From Takakia lepidozioides (Eukaryota; Plantae; Bryophyta), in NCBI GenBank assembly GCA_030704615.1, contig CM060731.1, positions 11,532,001 to 11,596,000 of the forward strand: a stretch of 64,000 nucleotides of DNA, in the 5' to 3' direction. Positions 1 through 11,312 of the stretch are shown piece after piece (within the stretch, counting starts at the first letter, position 1; every line of letters begins with the position of its first letter). The translations under genes were made by a program, and so were the position numbers. The notes under the pieces were generated by a model. The model searched no databases and was not told the origin of the DNA. It saw only the letters and a program-made list of their open reading frames with translations.

Positions 1-203
1 CTCTAATTCAAACATGTGTTGGCTTTCTCTTCATACCCTCCTCTGTCTCCCCCTTCGTCTATTTCCTCATTTTGCAACCTCTGACAACCTGCTTCCAAGC
101 AACATTCCATTTTGAGCTGTTATGTCCCAAATGCAAGGACCTACTATGAAGAAAAAGCAACAGAAAAGAAGGAGCTGAATGAGTTGTGATTGTTGCTCTT
201 CAG

Positions 204-3200
204 ATCATTCACTACAACATGCCCCGCAGTCTGGAGCACTATGTCCAGGTAACAGCTGCAAGGATTTTTCTTTCACACTAGATAAAATGTGGTAGTAGCT
301 CAACAAAGACATGCATTAACCACGTCCTTTTATGGTCACACCATTCCTCGCATATTAGATGGAGAGCATATCTCTTTTGGCCATGTTTGATGTCTGCATC
401 TTAAACATGTCGTAGCACTGGTTTACAAAGAGGCACTATGGCCCATCTCCAGCTTGTATGTCCCATATACCTTCAGCCCAGGGTAATTTTGGAACTTTCA
501 TGCATGGAAAACATAGAAACTTCCCTTTCATAAATATGGAGAACCTGCGTCAGCCAGCATATGGTGTTCCCGTTTAATGTGTAACAGAATTACCTTGTTC
601 TGGATACAGGAAACCGGGCGTGCTGGCCGTGATGGCAGACCTGCCTATTGCCATCTCTTCCTGGACGACGTGGATTATCTGAAGCTCCGTAGCCTTGCAC
701 ATAGGTGCCACTTCTGACCCTTCATGATAATGGAATATGTGTTTCAAACAAGCGTGCTTTTGGACAGTGTTGCATTGCAGTATAATGCATGTACTATTTA
801 CACATGGGTAAGAGGTTGCTGCTTCGAGGATAATGAAATTGGTACATTGCTGCTCATCAGGCTCATATGTGGATCCTGTGGTAGTCAGAATCATACCAAC
901 AAAACACTTGAGCTTGTCATGATGATGGTGAGCTTGCAAAGGGAGAGGCTGAACCTTGTTGTCTGGTTATAAGAGGTTGACATTTGAGACACTAGTACAT
1001 GAAGCCTGTCTATCCTAGATGACAGATGTCCCTGAATATGTACAAACCTATCTCTGGCCACAAGGCTACGGCAAACGTCTTATTAGTACATTCTAAAGTA
1101 GAATGTCCATTTACAGAAGATATGAACTCAAGTCAGTGTTGTGGTGCAGTGATGGCTTGGACTCGTTTGCTGTAAACAAGTTCTTATGTAGAGTATTTCA
1201 GACTCCTCAAGTGGGTCCCTCTTGCGTCAGCTCAATTTGCATAGAACCGGCAGCCAATGAATTGGATCTGAAGGAAGAGGTAATTGATGACCATCTCGTT
1301 GAAAAGCTTTGTGCTTCTGAGAAGGGTGGGTTCTGGTAGAGACACATTTCATGAAAATTGCAAAAAGTTCTGCATCAAATCCTGACTAGCTGATTGGAGA
1401 ATATGATGTATAAAACTGGCAGCAACCAGCACGTTTGTCGTTTTTGTCAAGATCGTGGAAGCTGGCAGTTGTTGACAGTGCAATGTTATGCTCAAAATAT
1501 TAGGACTTACCAATAGAATATTCCGTGTCAAAGTCTCCACAACAACATACCACAACTCTCGAATGAGTGCAATGCATTGAGGATCGATAGCTTAGCCATA
1601 TCTTCACTTTCACAGGTGATGGCAACAATTCTATCCTTCTTGGAGGTGGGAGAAATGCAGTATGTACGTGTGCTTTCCAAACTCAAGGCTACATGTACCC
1701 TCACTTTCTACAAGGTAAGTGTTATCAGCTAATCTTCAAGAATCAGTTCCTAAAACTGCGAAAAAATGGAATGATGTCTGGAGTGTCCAAAAGCATTATC
1801 GCTGGTATTGACAAGTTATGTTGGGGTGTTCTCCACGACTCCCACAGTAAGAGCCTATTGTTACTTATTCTCTAACATGTGCAAAGCATCCCAAATTATA
1901 ACAGAGGACCAGTGCTTTAAGTGAGCAATGATTGATGTGTTAACAGGTGCACTTGAATGTTTTCAGAGCTCCCTGACATCTCTGGCAAAGCAAAGTCGTC
2001 TGGTGAATGCGATTGTACAAAGGTTCTCCCTCATGCTCCAACTCCAGTTTAATACAAGCCCTGTAGTAGTTCTTGTTCTTCTCCTGCTTCAATTTTTCTT
2101 GTTCTCCACTTCCTACATCCGCTCCCACAGACGAATTGCTGTTCACAGGGCTTGGGTCATTGTCTGTTGGATAGTAACCAACTATGAGTCTAATGACCCA
2201 TGTGTTGTCATCTCTCTTCTCTGTCATGGCACAGGAGCCAAGCCAAGCAGGGGCATCACACCTTCCAGGTGCCATCCATTGCAACTGACACAGGTCTCTC
2301 CTTATCGGAAGTCCAGAAAGAACTTCAAAGGTTACAGGTATGGCCTGTGCTAGGTGCAACAAATTCTAAATACCAAGATTTCTGTCATGGCATCACCTGT
2401 GTTTTTCATGCAGCCTGATTACGGAAAGGTTCTTTCATGTGGTGATTAGATTTATTCTTGATTTCCTGCATTGCTACTGAGCCTTAAGATCCAGCGTTCT
2501 TTCCCAAATGCATGGATTAATCATTTGTAGCTTACTGTTTGGAAAGTACCACGGTACTCGGTTTAACAGGTACATATGTTGTGGGGATGATTGCAGAGTG
2601 CAGGGGAAGTTTCTTACGAGCTTCAAGATCTTTCATTCTGCTTTGCAGTGCTAAGAATGCCTGAAGACATCTGTTCACTTACATCTGCTATCACTTCACA
2701 CTTGAGTGAAGTGGAACGTTGCAAGGTCAGCATTCAAGCCGAAATGGTGCTTGCCTGCTGGGCAATGAGAGGTTTTGTTGATGGAGAGATTAATAATTAA
2801 AACATCTAGGGTGAGCATGGATAGAGAATTCCCTGGGGGTTCATTACTGATCCTGCACATCTACACATGAGAAGAGAAGGAAAGTTAGAGATGGAGACTG
2901 GTCAGCATTCCCTGTGAAGCTACCTGATATGCTCCATCATTTGACATTGTCTTGACATCACTACAATATGTGCCATTTCACTTCTTTCCCGTGTTCCCTG
3001 AATAGTTCCGTCAGAATTCTCAGCGATCTCACTAAAATGAAGAATGGGAAGTCAGGAGGGCATTGCAAATGGACGTTTTTAAAACTGCATGAGGAATTCT
3101 CGGAATTATTCTCCGAATTCCTAACTTTTTAAGTTAGTGGGGCAGGTGGCGAAACTGGATGCTATGTATGTTGCAGCATCAGCAGCAGCTGCTGAGACAG

Positions 3201-4277
3201 ACAAGGTGGACAATGAGCTCCTGGAAGGCTCTGCTGTACCTGGTCAACAGGCTTCTTTACAAAAAAGTATTCACTCATACTTCAGCACTGATGAAGACCG
3301 CCCGTTCTCTCAAACCGTGCCTAGCATTGTGGAGGCCAGCAGGTATTCTTTCCAACCTGCACACTTACCATGAACTACCAGAGCATTTGCATGCCCAACA
3401 TGGCTTTCAAATGGAAGGAAACAGTTCTGTTTGTTCACTAATTCTCACATGTGATTACCTCAACATTTCAATGAGCTGTCTCTGTTCTGAACTCACTTGT
3501 CTGTGATTGTGCTCTGTGCAGCTCCTTCTTGCGAGCAGACATCAAGGTCCAATCAGAACATCCTAATCCATTTGCATTTTCCTTTCTCCACTGTTTTTTC
3601 CCAGCACCGACAAAACTCTGCTGAAGCTTTTAAAAATGAATAGTAACAGCCGCACGGGTCATGGTGTTTCTTGTTAAGCCAGCAGTCTTGTGACACCACC
3701 TTGAATCTGTGTTCTTTGAATGTTTTGGGTTTTTCTGTCCATCCAGGTGTTCTTAAGGGCCCATGAGCACAACAATTTTACAGGCAGGGCTATTGCTCGA
3801 ATCTTTCATGGGTTATGGAGCCCAGCATATCCCTACGCAAGCTGGTCGAAAAACCACTTCTGGTAAGTAAAGCTCTATAGACACCGTTATTTTCTGCAAA
3901 TCCTATGTCCAGTTGCAAACAGCCTTCTGGATTGAACTTCATCAGATGTGCAGTTTGATGGTGAAGGCAACTCGGCCAATTTTGCTTGGCGGTATTTTGT
4001 TTGACCATATCATTGAACTCATCAAAGTAGGCTGGCATGTTCGGAAGTAATGATCTCTTGGAAAAGTGCTTGTGCATTCTTAGGAGCTCCTTTAGGAACT
4101 TCAGGTACACCACCAGCTGAAAACATGACTGCTCAGATATTGAGGAAAAATGCATTACACTGGCTTGTTTGCAGGGGGCGTTATTCTAAAACAGACTTTC
4201 ATGCAGTCAAGCAAGCCGCTTCCAGTGAAATACTGGACCTTCGGTCTAAGAAGAAATTGTCAAATGTCTCATTGTGA
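204..4277 (+). CDS. RECQL4: RecQ helicase, RECQL4-type (plant 'Q-like 5'), 3' portion; 5' exons lie outside the window
   Basis: Phase-consistent GT-AG exons 204-248, 610-704, 1150-1279, 1616-1714, 1967-2022, 2235-2337, 2597-2725, 3146-3342, 3522-3546, 3747-3862, 4175-4277. They give [32 protein letters not shown] (helicase motif VI) and the RECQL4-type C-terminus FTGRAIARIFHGLWSPAYP...HFWGRY; stop at 4275-4277. Confidence 0.9.
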
Positions 4278-5222
4278 CCATCTCCAAGGCAATAGGAACA
4301 AACTCTGGTCCACATGGGACTTGGATTAGATAAGCTACAACCTCATTGATGATGTCTGGAAAACCAGAGCAGCTATCAAAAGAGAACAGATTTACTGTAT
4401 CATTTGCAAATATGGACAACTAATTGAATGGAGAATACCCAAGAAGTTGATCCATATTGGACCACATTTCATCTACTATCACCTGCTTTGCAGCTGGCAC
4501 CACTTCTATCCCAGCTGGTTGTGCAATATCATGGTATGTCATGGTTTCACAAGAATTGATTATGTGCAAGACAACTACCAAGCTCACAATATTTCTTCCC
4601 ACACAGGCTCTAACATGTCGCTGCCCAGCCATCAAGCTATTTTGGCAGCCCAGCACTGGGGCTCTGGGATGGTATGGTACAGGATGCACAAGGATTGCAT
4701 AGTCACCAGCGCATCTCTGACTCTACAGTTTACTCTGACTACTTTAAATGTCCACGGGGCTGACTTGAATGTAAATGGTGATGTTAACTCCAGCTGCCAA
4801 TAGAACCTTCTAGAGAAACAAAACTCCTCATATCAGTAGTAACAGCTATTACTTCACTCCCAAAATAAGAAATGGAGTAGTAGCTTACTCATTGTAGTCA
4901 GGTTCCCCCTTCATTTCAAGATCATCCAAAAAGTGCCTGGTCCAGTAACTTTAGCATAGCAGGCAGGCTCCGTCTCCTTCATAACCAGACAATTACTTGT
5001 CAAGCTCTCTCAATCAAAGAATGGTTACAGAGATACAGACAAAGAAAATTTGGAGAGAAGACTTGCTATCCAACTTCCAAGTGAAGTAGCTGAGACAGGT
5101 TGGCCATGATAATCCAGGCGATGACTTCTTTGTTTTGGAGCCGTCTGGCGGTGGACATTTCCAGTAGCTCACCTTCTCGCAAAGAAGGCATGAGTAGCTT
5201 CTTGCCATTGTACAGAGTACAC

Positions 5223-8200
5223 TCAATGATGTCCGAGGTCAGTCGTTTGCAGTTTCAACATTTGTAGCTCTTTCTCTCCAACGTCCTTGTGTGAAATTTC
5301 AGAAGCTGACAGGAATGCAGCAACGGGGTTTCCAGGAGTTGGCGGTGCTTGATTTAGATGGGGCAGATGTGGGCCTGCCATGGCCAGGGCATCAGCATCC
5401 ATGAAGGAATAGATGTTCACCTTCTCCAACAGCAGCTGCTTGGCAATGAAATCCACATTTTCTTGAAGGACTTCAATCTCTCCAAAAGGGAGTCTCAAGT
5501 CCAATGCGTGCTCGCCAACTGTGAGAGTTTCATCTTTCTTGAACTTTATGAAGGGCATGCACTGCTTCTGGATCTGTTTGAAATCCGCCTGACCAACAGA
5601 ACTGCTCTTAAGAGCCGATATTATTTCTGAGTCGGGGGAAAAGGTTCGTGTATCATGGTGGTACTTAGATTGCAAGATCTTCATGCACTCCTCCTGCCAC
5701 CCACCATACTTCTCAGCAACAAAGATCAATGCAATGGAGGGTTTGGAAGGTGCAGGACCGGAGGCACCTTTTCCAGCTTGCTTTGCTTTCTTGGGTGCTG
5801 ATTGCTTTTGCAGTACTTTTCTCAAACTTACAATTACGTCCTGCAAATACTTGTTGGCACGTTGAAGTGTGAAGTCTGGGGGGCTGGCTGAAGGCCAGCC
5901 TGCTTTGACTGCAAATCCCTCTCTCTTGAATATCTCAGCCCACACATACTCTGCGTAATGTGGGCATATAGGAGTGAGCAGCCGTGTTTGCACATCCATG
6001 AAGCGCCAAACCAGGTCCTTCTGCATTCCTGCTGACATACAAGCAAGCCTGTATTCATCACGGGCTGTTTGAAGATCATAAAACCCTGTCTTGAGCGCCT
6101 CCCGGAACATCATGGAGTTGTAACTATCCTCTGTCATCTTTAATGCAATATTTATCTCATTCTCAAATACCCGGTCAGCAAATGTAGTAACAGCTTCTGT
6201 CCGTAGGGATGAATCTGCAGCTATCACTTCCTCCATCCATGTCAACTCTTTGGTCAGACGCAGAATGGCCGAGTTCGCTGTCTCGAACACAAAGTTGGCA
6301 TCGTCCATGCCATCTCCAGCATCAGCTAACGCAAATCGTGTGGCATCAGCTGAAAATAATTCAATGGCAGAGAGGATTGTCAAGAAGTTGCCAGTGGATT
6401 TAGACATCTTCTCACTGTTAAGCATGAGATGCCCATTGCACCGGAATCCATGAGGCCACTTCTCCTCGGGGAACATGGCAGTGTGATTGTAAACACAGAA
6501 GGTCAAATGGTTCTGAATAAGATCCTTTCCAGATGCCCGCAGGTCAACTGGGTACCAGAACTCAAACTCTTTCCTCATTTCATGCAGGAGACTAGCAGGA
6601 ATGACAGTATCAGGCATGGGGCCATCTAGAAATATGTAGTCCCACACGTCTTGACTCAGCTGCTCTGGTTTCACGGCACGATCTCCCCCGCCATACAAAT
6701 CTCCACCATGAAGGAGATGAGCAACCGTGTAGTAAGCCATGTAGATAGTAGAATCTGAGAGTGACTCAATGAGGAACTGGGGATCCCATGGGAGCCGCGT
6801 CCCCAGACCAAATGATCTCGAGCATGCCCACTGGTTGAGCCATCCCAGGGTATGTTCAAAACCATGGCGGGTCTCATCATGGTACAGCTCCATACCAGCA
6901 AAGCATTTCTCCGCTAGGGCCTTCCATTTGGTCTCTCCATATAGCAGGTACCACTGATCAGTGAGAGCAACAACACATTCATCACCTGACCTGGACATCA
7001 CCTTCTTCTCCGGTTCACTGTACTTCAGAGCCAACCCTGCATCCTCCAGCATCTTTCGTATCACTGGCTTTGCATCCTGGACCTTGCAACCTGCGTGCTC
7101 CCCAACCAGCATTGTTCCCTCTGTAAAACCCTTAAGATAAGTGAGTCTTTTGGCTTCAGCAAGCTTGTCCTTCTCGTTCTGGCTCTGAATTCTCAGATCC
7201 ACACACACCTTCTCTGCTGCCCTATCTCCAAACCCAGGAATGTTGATGATGGGAATGAGTTCATATGGCAGTACCCATTCATCCTTCACCTTGAATTTCT
7301 GACGAAGTGCTGGCTTTGACTTCAGATCCTTAAGTGCCATATAGTCATCTGGTGCATCGCTTGGAACACTAGTCACAATCCCTGTGCCTTTGTCTGTAAG
7401 AATGGTTAGCATGGGTAGTGCATATATGACTGGGTGGGCTGTCAAAGGCGATTGCAGTGGAAGCCCAATTAGATCCTGTCCTGTCAGCTCCAGAAGACAA
7501 CTGGGCTTCTCGGGAGTCTTGGAATGGTGTTGGTATGCAAGGTTGAGAGCTGCCCGCTTGGTTATCACAAAGACCTCAGTCTCATTGATTTCAAATGCTC
7601 CATACTGACCCGTGGGCAGAACCCATGCATTGGTTTGCCCGAACATAGTCTCCGGCCGCAATGTTGCTGCAGCAAGATAAACCCTCTTCCCTTTCAAAGC
7701 CTCGAGTTTTCCTGTCAAAGGAGGCTTGACTTCCATCTTAATCAGTGTGTACTCCTGTGGCTGTACCCCCTCGCCAGACGCCCTGTCGTGGTCTGCACAG
7801 GGCTGGCCGTCAAGAGGCGAATAGATGGTGTACCGCATGTCCTTCACCACCTTGCCTAAGGTCTTCAGAGTTTGGAGATGCCAGCGCACAAATGAGTCGT
7901 AATAGGGATTCATGTCTGTGGTGATGAAAGAGCGGCGCCAGTCCACTCCCACTCCCAGTGCCTTCAAATGATTCATAGCTAATGGAGGAAAATACTCCAG
8001 CCAATAATATGGATCCTTGAATTTTCCTATCTCATCGTCCTCCAGGTCTAGGGATTGCATAATCTCCCACTGATATTTAGCAATTCCACTTTTTGCAGCT
8101 GCTTTGGACTTCTTGCTCTTGAACTTTTCTGGCTCAGCTCGGTCAGTATCATGTTGCTGTGGTGGTGGTGGATCGGCTGCAGTAGGAGGAGCGCCAATTT

Positions 8201-8576
8201 GAGACAATTCATCTGCACCACGAATAGGGAACACTGGGGGATCTCCAAACTCTGCAACCTCCCGCGCTAATTTGTCTGCACAGGCCTTGATAGGCATCCC
8301 GGTGCAGTGGAAGCCGAAAGGGAACAGTACTTGCCGCCCTCTCAGACGCTGATAAGCAGATGCAAACTCCACCTTACACAGAGAGAAAGCATGACCCAGG
8401 TGGAGAAGTCCATTCATGTAAGGATAGGGGAAGTTTCCAAAGAACTTTTCACCTTCCTTGGCTGGCGGCACCCCCGCCTCCACCTCAAATACTCTTGCAT
8501 CCTCCCAACGTTTCTGCACTCCTCTCTCTATCTCCAGCAGCTTATCCCTCCTGGCATGACTCTTCGCACCCTCCAT
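5223..8576 (-). CDS. LARS: Cytosolic leucyl-tRNA synthetase, single coding exon, about 1117 aa
   Basis: HLGH (HIGH) and KMSKS motifs, CP1 editing region (ATLRPET, KGTGIVTSVPSDAPDD). The track's start at 8612 is a GTG; the first ATG is at 8576 (MEGAKSHARRDKLLEIE), matching plant cytosolic LeuRS N-termini. Confidence 0.97.
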   Translation of the reverse strand: MEGAKSHARRDKLLEIERGVQKRWEDARVFEVEAGVPPAKEGEKFFGNFPYPYMNGLLHLGHAFSLCKVEFASAYQRLRGRQVLFPFGFHCTGMPIKACADKLAREVAEFGDPPVFPIRGADELSQIGAPPTAADPPPPQQHDTDRAEPEKFKSKKSKAAAKSGIAKYQWEIMQSLDLEDDEIGKFKDPYYWLEYFPPLAMNHLKALGVGVDWRRSFITTDMNPYYDSFVRWHLQTLKTLGKVVKDMRYTIYSPLDGQPCADHDRASGEGVQPQEYTLIKMEVKPPLTGKLEALKGKRVYLAAATLRPETMFGQTNAWVLPTGQYGAFEINETEVFVITKRAALNLAYQHHSKTPEKPSCLLELTGQDLIGLPLQSPLTAHPVIYALPMLTILTDKGTGIVTSVPSDAPDDYMALKDLKSKPALRQKFKVKDEWVLPYELIPIINIPGFGDRAAEKVCVDLRIQSQNEKDKLAEAKRLTYLKGFTEGTMLVGEHAGCKVQDAKPVIRKMLEDAGLALKYSEPEKKVMSRSGDECVVALTDQWYLLYGETKWKALAEKCFAGMELYHDETRHGFEHTLGWLNQWACSRSFGLGTRLPWDPQFLIESLSDSTIYMAYYTVAHLLHGGDLYGGGDRAVKPEQLSQDVWDYIFLDGPMPDTVIPASLLHEMRKEFEFWYPVDLRASGKDLIQNHLTFCVYNHTAMFPEEKWPHGFRCNGHLMLNSEKMSKSTGNFLTILSAIELFSADATRFALADAGDGMDDANFVFETANSAILRLTKELTWMEEVIAADSSLRTEAVTTFADRVFENEINIALKMTEDSYNSMMFREALKTGFYDLQTARDEYRLACMSAGMQKDLVWRFMDVQTRLLTPICPHYAEYVWAEIFKREGFAVKAGWPSASPPDFTLQRANKYLQDVIVSLRKVLQKQSAPKKAKQAGKGASGPAPSKPSIALIFVAEKYGGWQEECMKILQSKYHHDTRTFSPDSEIISALKSSSVGQADFKQIQKQCMPFIKFKKDETLTVGEHALDLRLPFGEIEVLQENVDFIAKQLLLEKVNIYSFMDADALAMAGPHLPHLNQAPPTPGNPVAAFLSASEISHKDVGEKELQMLKLQTTDLGHH

Positions 8577-9399
8577 CGTCGTTCCGTGCGTGTGGCCACC
8601 CCCTGCCGCCACTTTCTCAACCTCTCCCCCTCTCTCTCACTTAACCCATAAACCCTTCAATCCCTCCACAAACAGAGCGGAACAAAGTCGCTACTAGGGA
8701 AAAGGGTTTAACGCTCCTTCAGCTCTGCGCACCTCAGTGACTGGCAGAAACCTCTTCACCCAAATCTACCTCTTCAACCTCGTAAACACTGAACAGTGAA
8801 CACTTTTGATCTGGGTCGTTGATCTGAAAAAGAAAAAGAAACAGGTAAGAAAACATTTCTCTGTTGAGTCTTCCAGGGTACGCTTTTTCTTCATTACTCA
8901 TTTCTGTTCCTTCACTGCAACATTTCTGTTCTTTCCTTACGAGGTCAGGATGGTTTATGTCAACCACTGAACTGCGCAGTAAATTTGGGTGAAGCTTCAG
9001 TAGTAGAATGCTACACTGTGTTCTTCGTGTCTGAAGGAGCTTCAAACCCTAGCGACTTTGTTTCGCTTTGTTTGTGGAGAACGAAAAATATCATCACCCT
9101 TGGTAAGAACTATCGGGCTATTAGTAGTGTATCGGGAGCAGCTCTGGGATATTCGTGTTTTGAGAGAATTTGAATTTGAAGGGGTTGAGGTTTCCGAAAA
9201 AATCACACCAGACAGGCTCTGCATCTTCCGCTTGTTTCCCCTTGTCGTATCCACTTGGATCATATAGCCGGATGGTGGAGTGAAGAGGAGATGTGAGTCG
9301 TAGATTACCCACAAGAGCACTTCTCTCCGGGGAATCACTGACCTTCGTCGTGTTGATGACAATGATGCTTGGGCTTGGAAAGTGTAGGTCTGTCAAGGT

Positions 9400-10882
9400 A
9401 TGCCTGGGGAGGCATGCAGCATCGCCACTAGGCTGGCACGATTCTTGAGCTCTAGCTGCTCTCCTCCGCGCCCTACAAATATTGTGCTTCGTTCTAGTTC
9501 GGCGCCTTCGCGAGCTGTGAAGGTGGGAATCGTTCTCACATTCCCGGGTATTGACGCCTGTGGTGATTTCTGCTTAAGTTGAGAGGTGGGTTTTCGATTC
9601 GGTTCAGGAAGGTGGGGGCGCAGCTGAGATAAGAAATAACATTGATATTCTCTTGGATTGTAGGCTTTGGAGGTGGAATTCGACAATGGAGTGAAGCATT
9701 GCTACCCAGCTGAGTTTCTACGAGTGCAAAGCCCCTCGGCAGACAACAAGCGTAAGACAGCATCCGGTGAATTGAGGGTTCGGCTTCCCTCTCACGAGTC
9801 TTTTGAATGCCATTGGAATCGATCAGAAGGATTGAATGTCTGAAATGTATAGTGATCCTAAATGCAAAGACCAGGCATGACTCTTGAGTCATTCAGGTGT
9901 CTCAATTTACCTCATGTGGGCTTTGATGGGGACTGCCAAGGGGATGAGAATGTGAAAGAAAGATGTGGGCATGGGCCTACTGCTCTTGTCTATCAACTTT
10001 ATGCTTTGCTTAACAGTTAGTATCCCACTGCACAGGAAGTTGGTGACTGGCTTGGTGAATCAACTGTCTTTCAAGTCCCAAAACCAAAGTCGTGGCATGG
10101 CAGGTAGTATCTGGGAGGAGGCATGTGGCCATTATGTCGGTGGAGCCTGTGGGAAATTATGGCATAAGGTGAGCTCACCCTGGAAACAGGCTCCACTCTT
10201 TCTTGTTTACATCAGGGCAGTCCACCTTCAGGCAGATAGCAGATTGGTACAACATCCTGTGAAGATAGGGGGATCTGTTGAGTTTTTCACCCAGGACAGA
10301 GCGCCATTTTTTCTGAGGCCCTGCCAACTACAAGATCCAGCGCAGATGATGGTGTCATTTCAGATGTACCGCATCCCTGACGGAGACCTGCAGCTCTCCC
10401 TTCTGCAGCTTACCTGTATGAGGCAATGCAGCTTAGTGTAACGTTTGTGATTCTGTTCTTCTTTTGGTCTCTGTGGTTATTCTATCTTGTCCTGCGGAGT
10501 CTGTCCCTTGGGCCCTTTGCCTCTGGTGGCTGCATTGTCAGGGGCAGATTCTGTATCTGACAGATGTATACAGCAGCTGCCTTCAGTTATGATGACCTGA
10601 AATATTTAGCAGCTTTACATACTTGCGGCACTCTATCCCTTCTGTTGCATCACATGCAGTCATATGTATAACTCAAGTGGATCAATTTTCATGGTCATGG
10701 CACGGATCTGAATTCGTTTTTGTATGTGAATCAGGATTGCGTTTGATGATCTGCATGACACAGGGATCTACACATGGGATTTTCTTTACATGCTTGGCCA
10801 GCACAAGTTCCAGATTATGCGACGGTACCTCGTGGCTCTGAAACAGTGGGGCCTCGGCCGGGATCCTCCTTCCAGAAAGTAG
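9400..10882 (+). CDS. DUF971 / gamma-butyrobetaine hydroxylase-like N-terminal domain protein, probably organelle-targeted
   Basis: Exons ~9400-9522, 9664-9777, 10104-10168, 10735-10882 splice in frame to LEVEFDNGVKHCYPAEFLRVQSPSAD...VEPVGNYGIRIAFDDLHDTGIYTWDFL...RDPPSRK*. The S/R-rich N-terminus resembles a transit peptide; the start codon is uncertain. Confidence 0.85.
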
Positions 10883-11312
10883 ATGGTGCCCAATACCTAA
10901 CCCTGCTCATTACAGGCAGCTCATTGTCTGCCACCATGAGGGTTTGCAGTAGTGACATCCTTAAACTCTGCTTGCAAGCAAGTTTTGCTTCTGAATCACT
11001 GAAAAACCTACAATGTCTAGTTCGCACAGTGCATGTTTGTATTTTAATAAAGGTTGCATTTGGAGTCAGGGTTGCCACTTCTTTCCCACACTATCAACGC
11101 CTGTTTCTAGGAATCCGGCGTCTGTGTAACAAAGTCCTGCCATTTTGGTACAATCTCGCAGCTGGTTTACTCTCATACACAATTGTACAATACCATTTCA
11201 AAGGGGAAGACTCCAAGCTGATGGCATCAGCGCAGAGGAATCAGTAAGCAGCACTTAAACAACCTCTTTGGCAAATGCTAAGTGTGCATGGTGTGGAGCT
11301 ACCAACAGTCCC

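Noticed and set aside
8577-8612. N-terminal extension MAAGGGHTHGTT of LeuRS in the ORF track
   Set aside because: It starts at GTG; the first ATG is at 8576, where family similarity begins.
5358-8651. Antisense and alternative-frame ORFs over LeuRS (likewise over the UGT, MULE and NLR)
   Set aside because: Shadow ORFs of real coding sequence.
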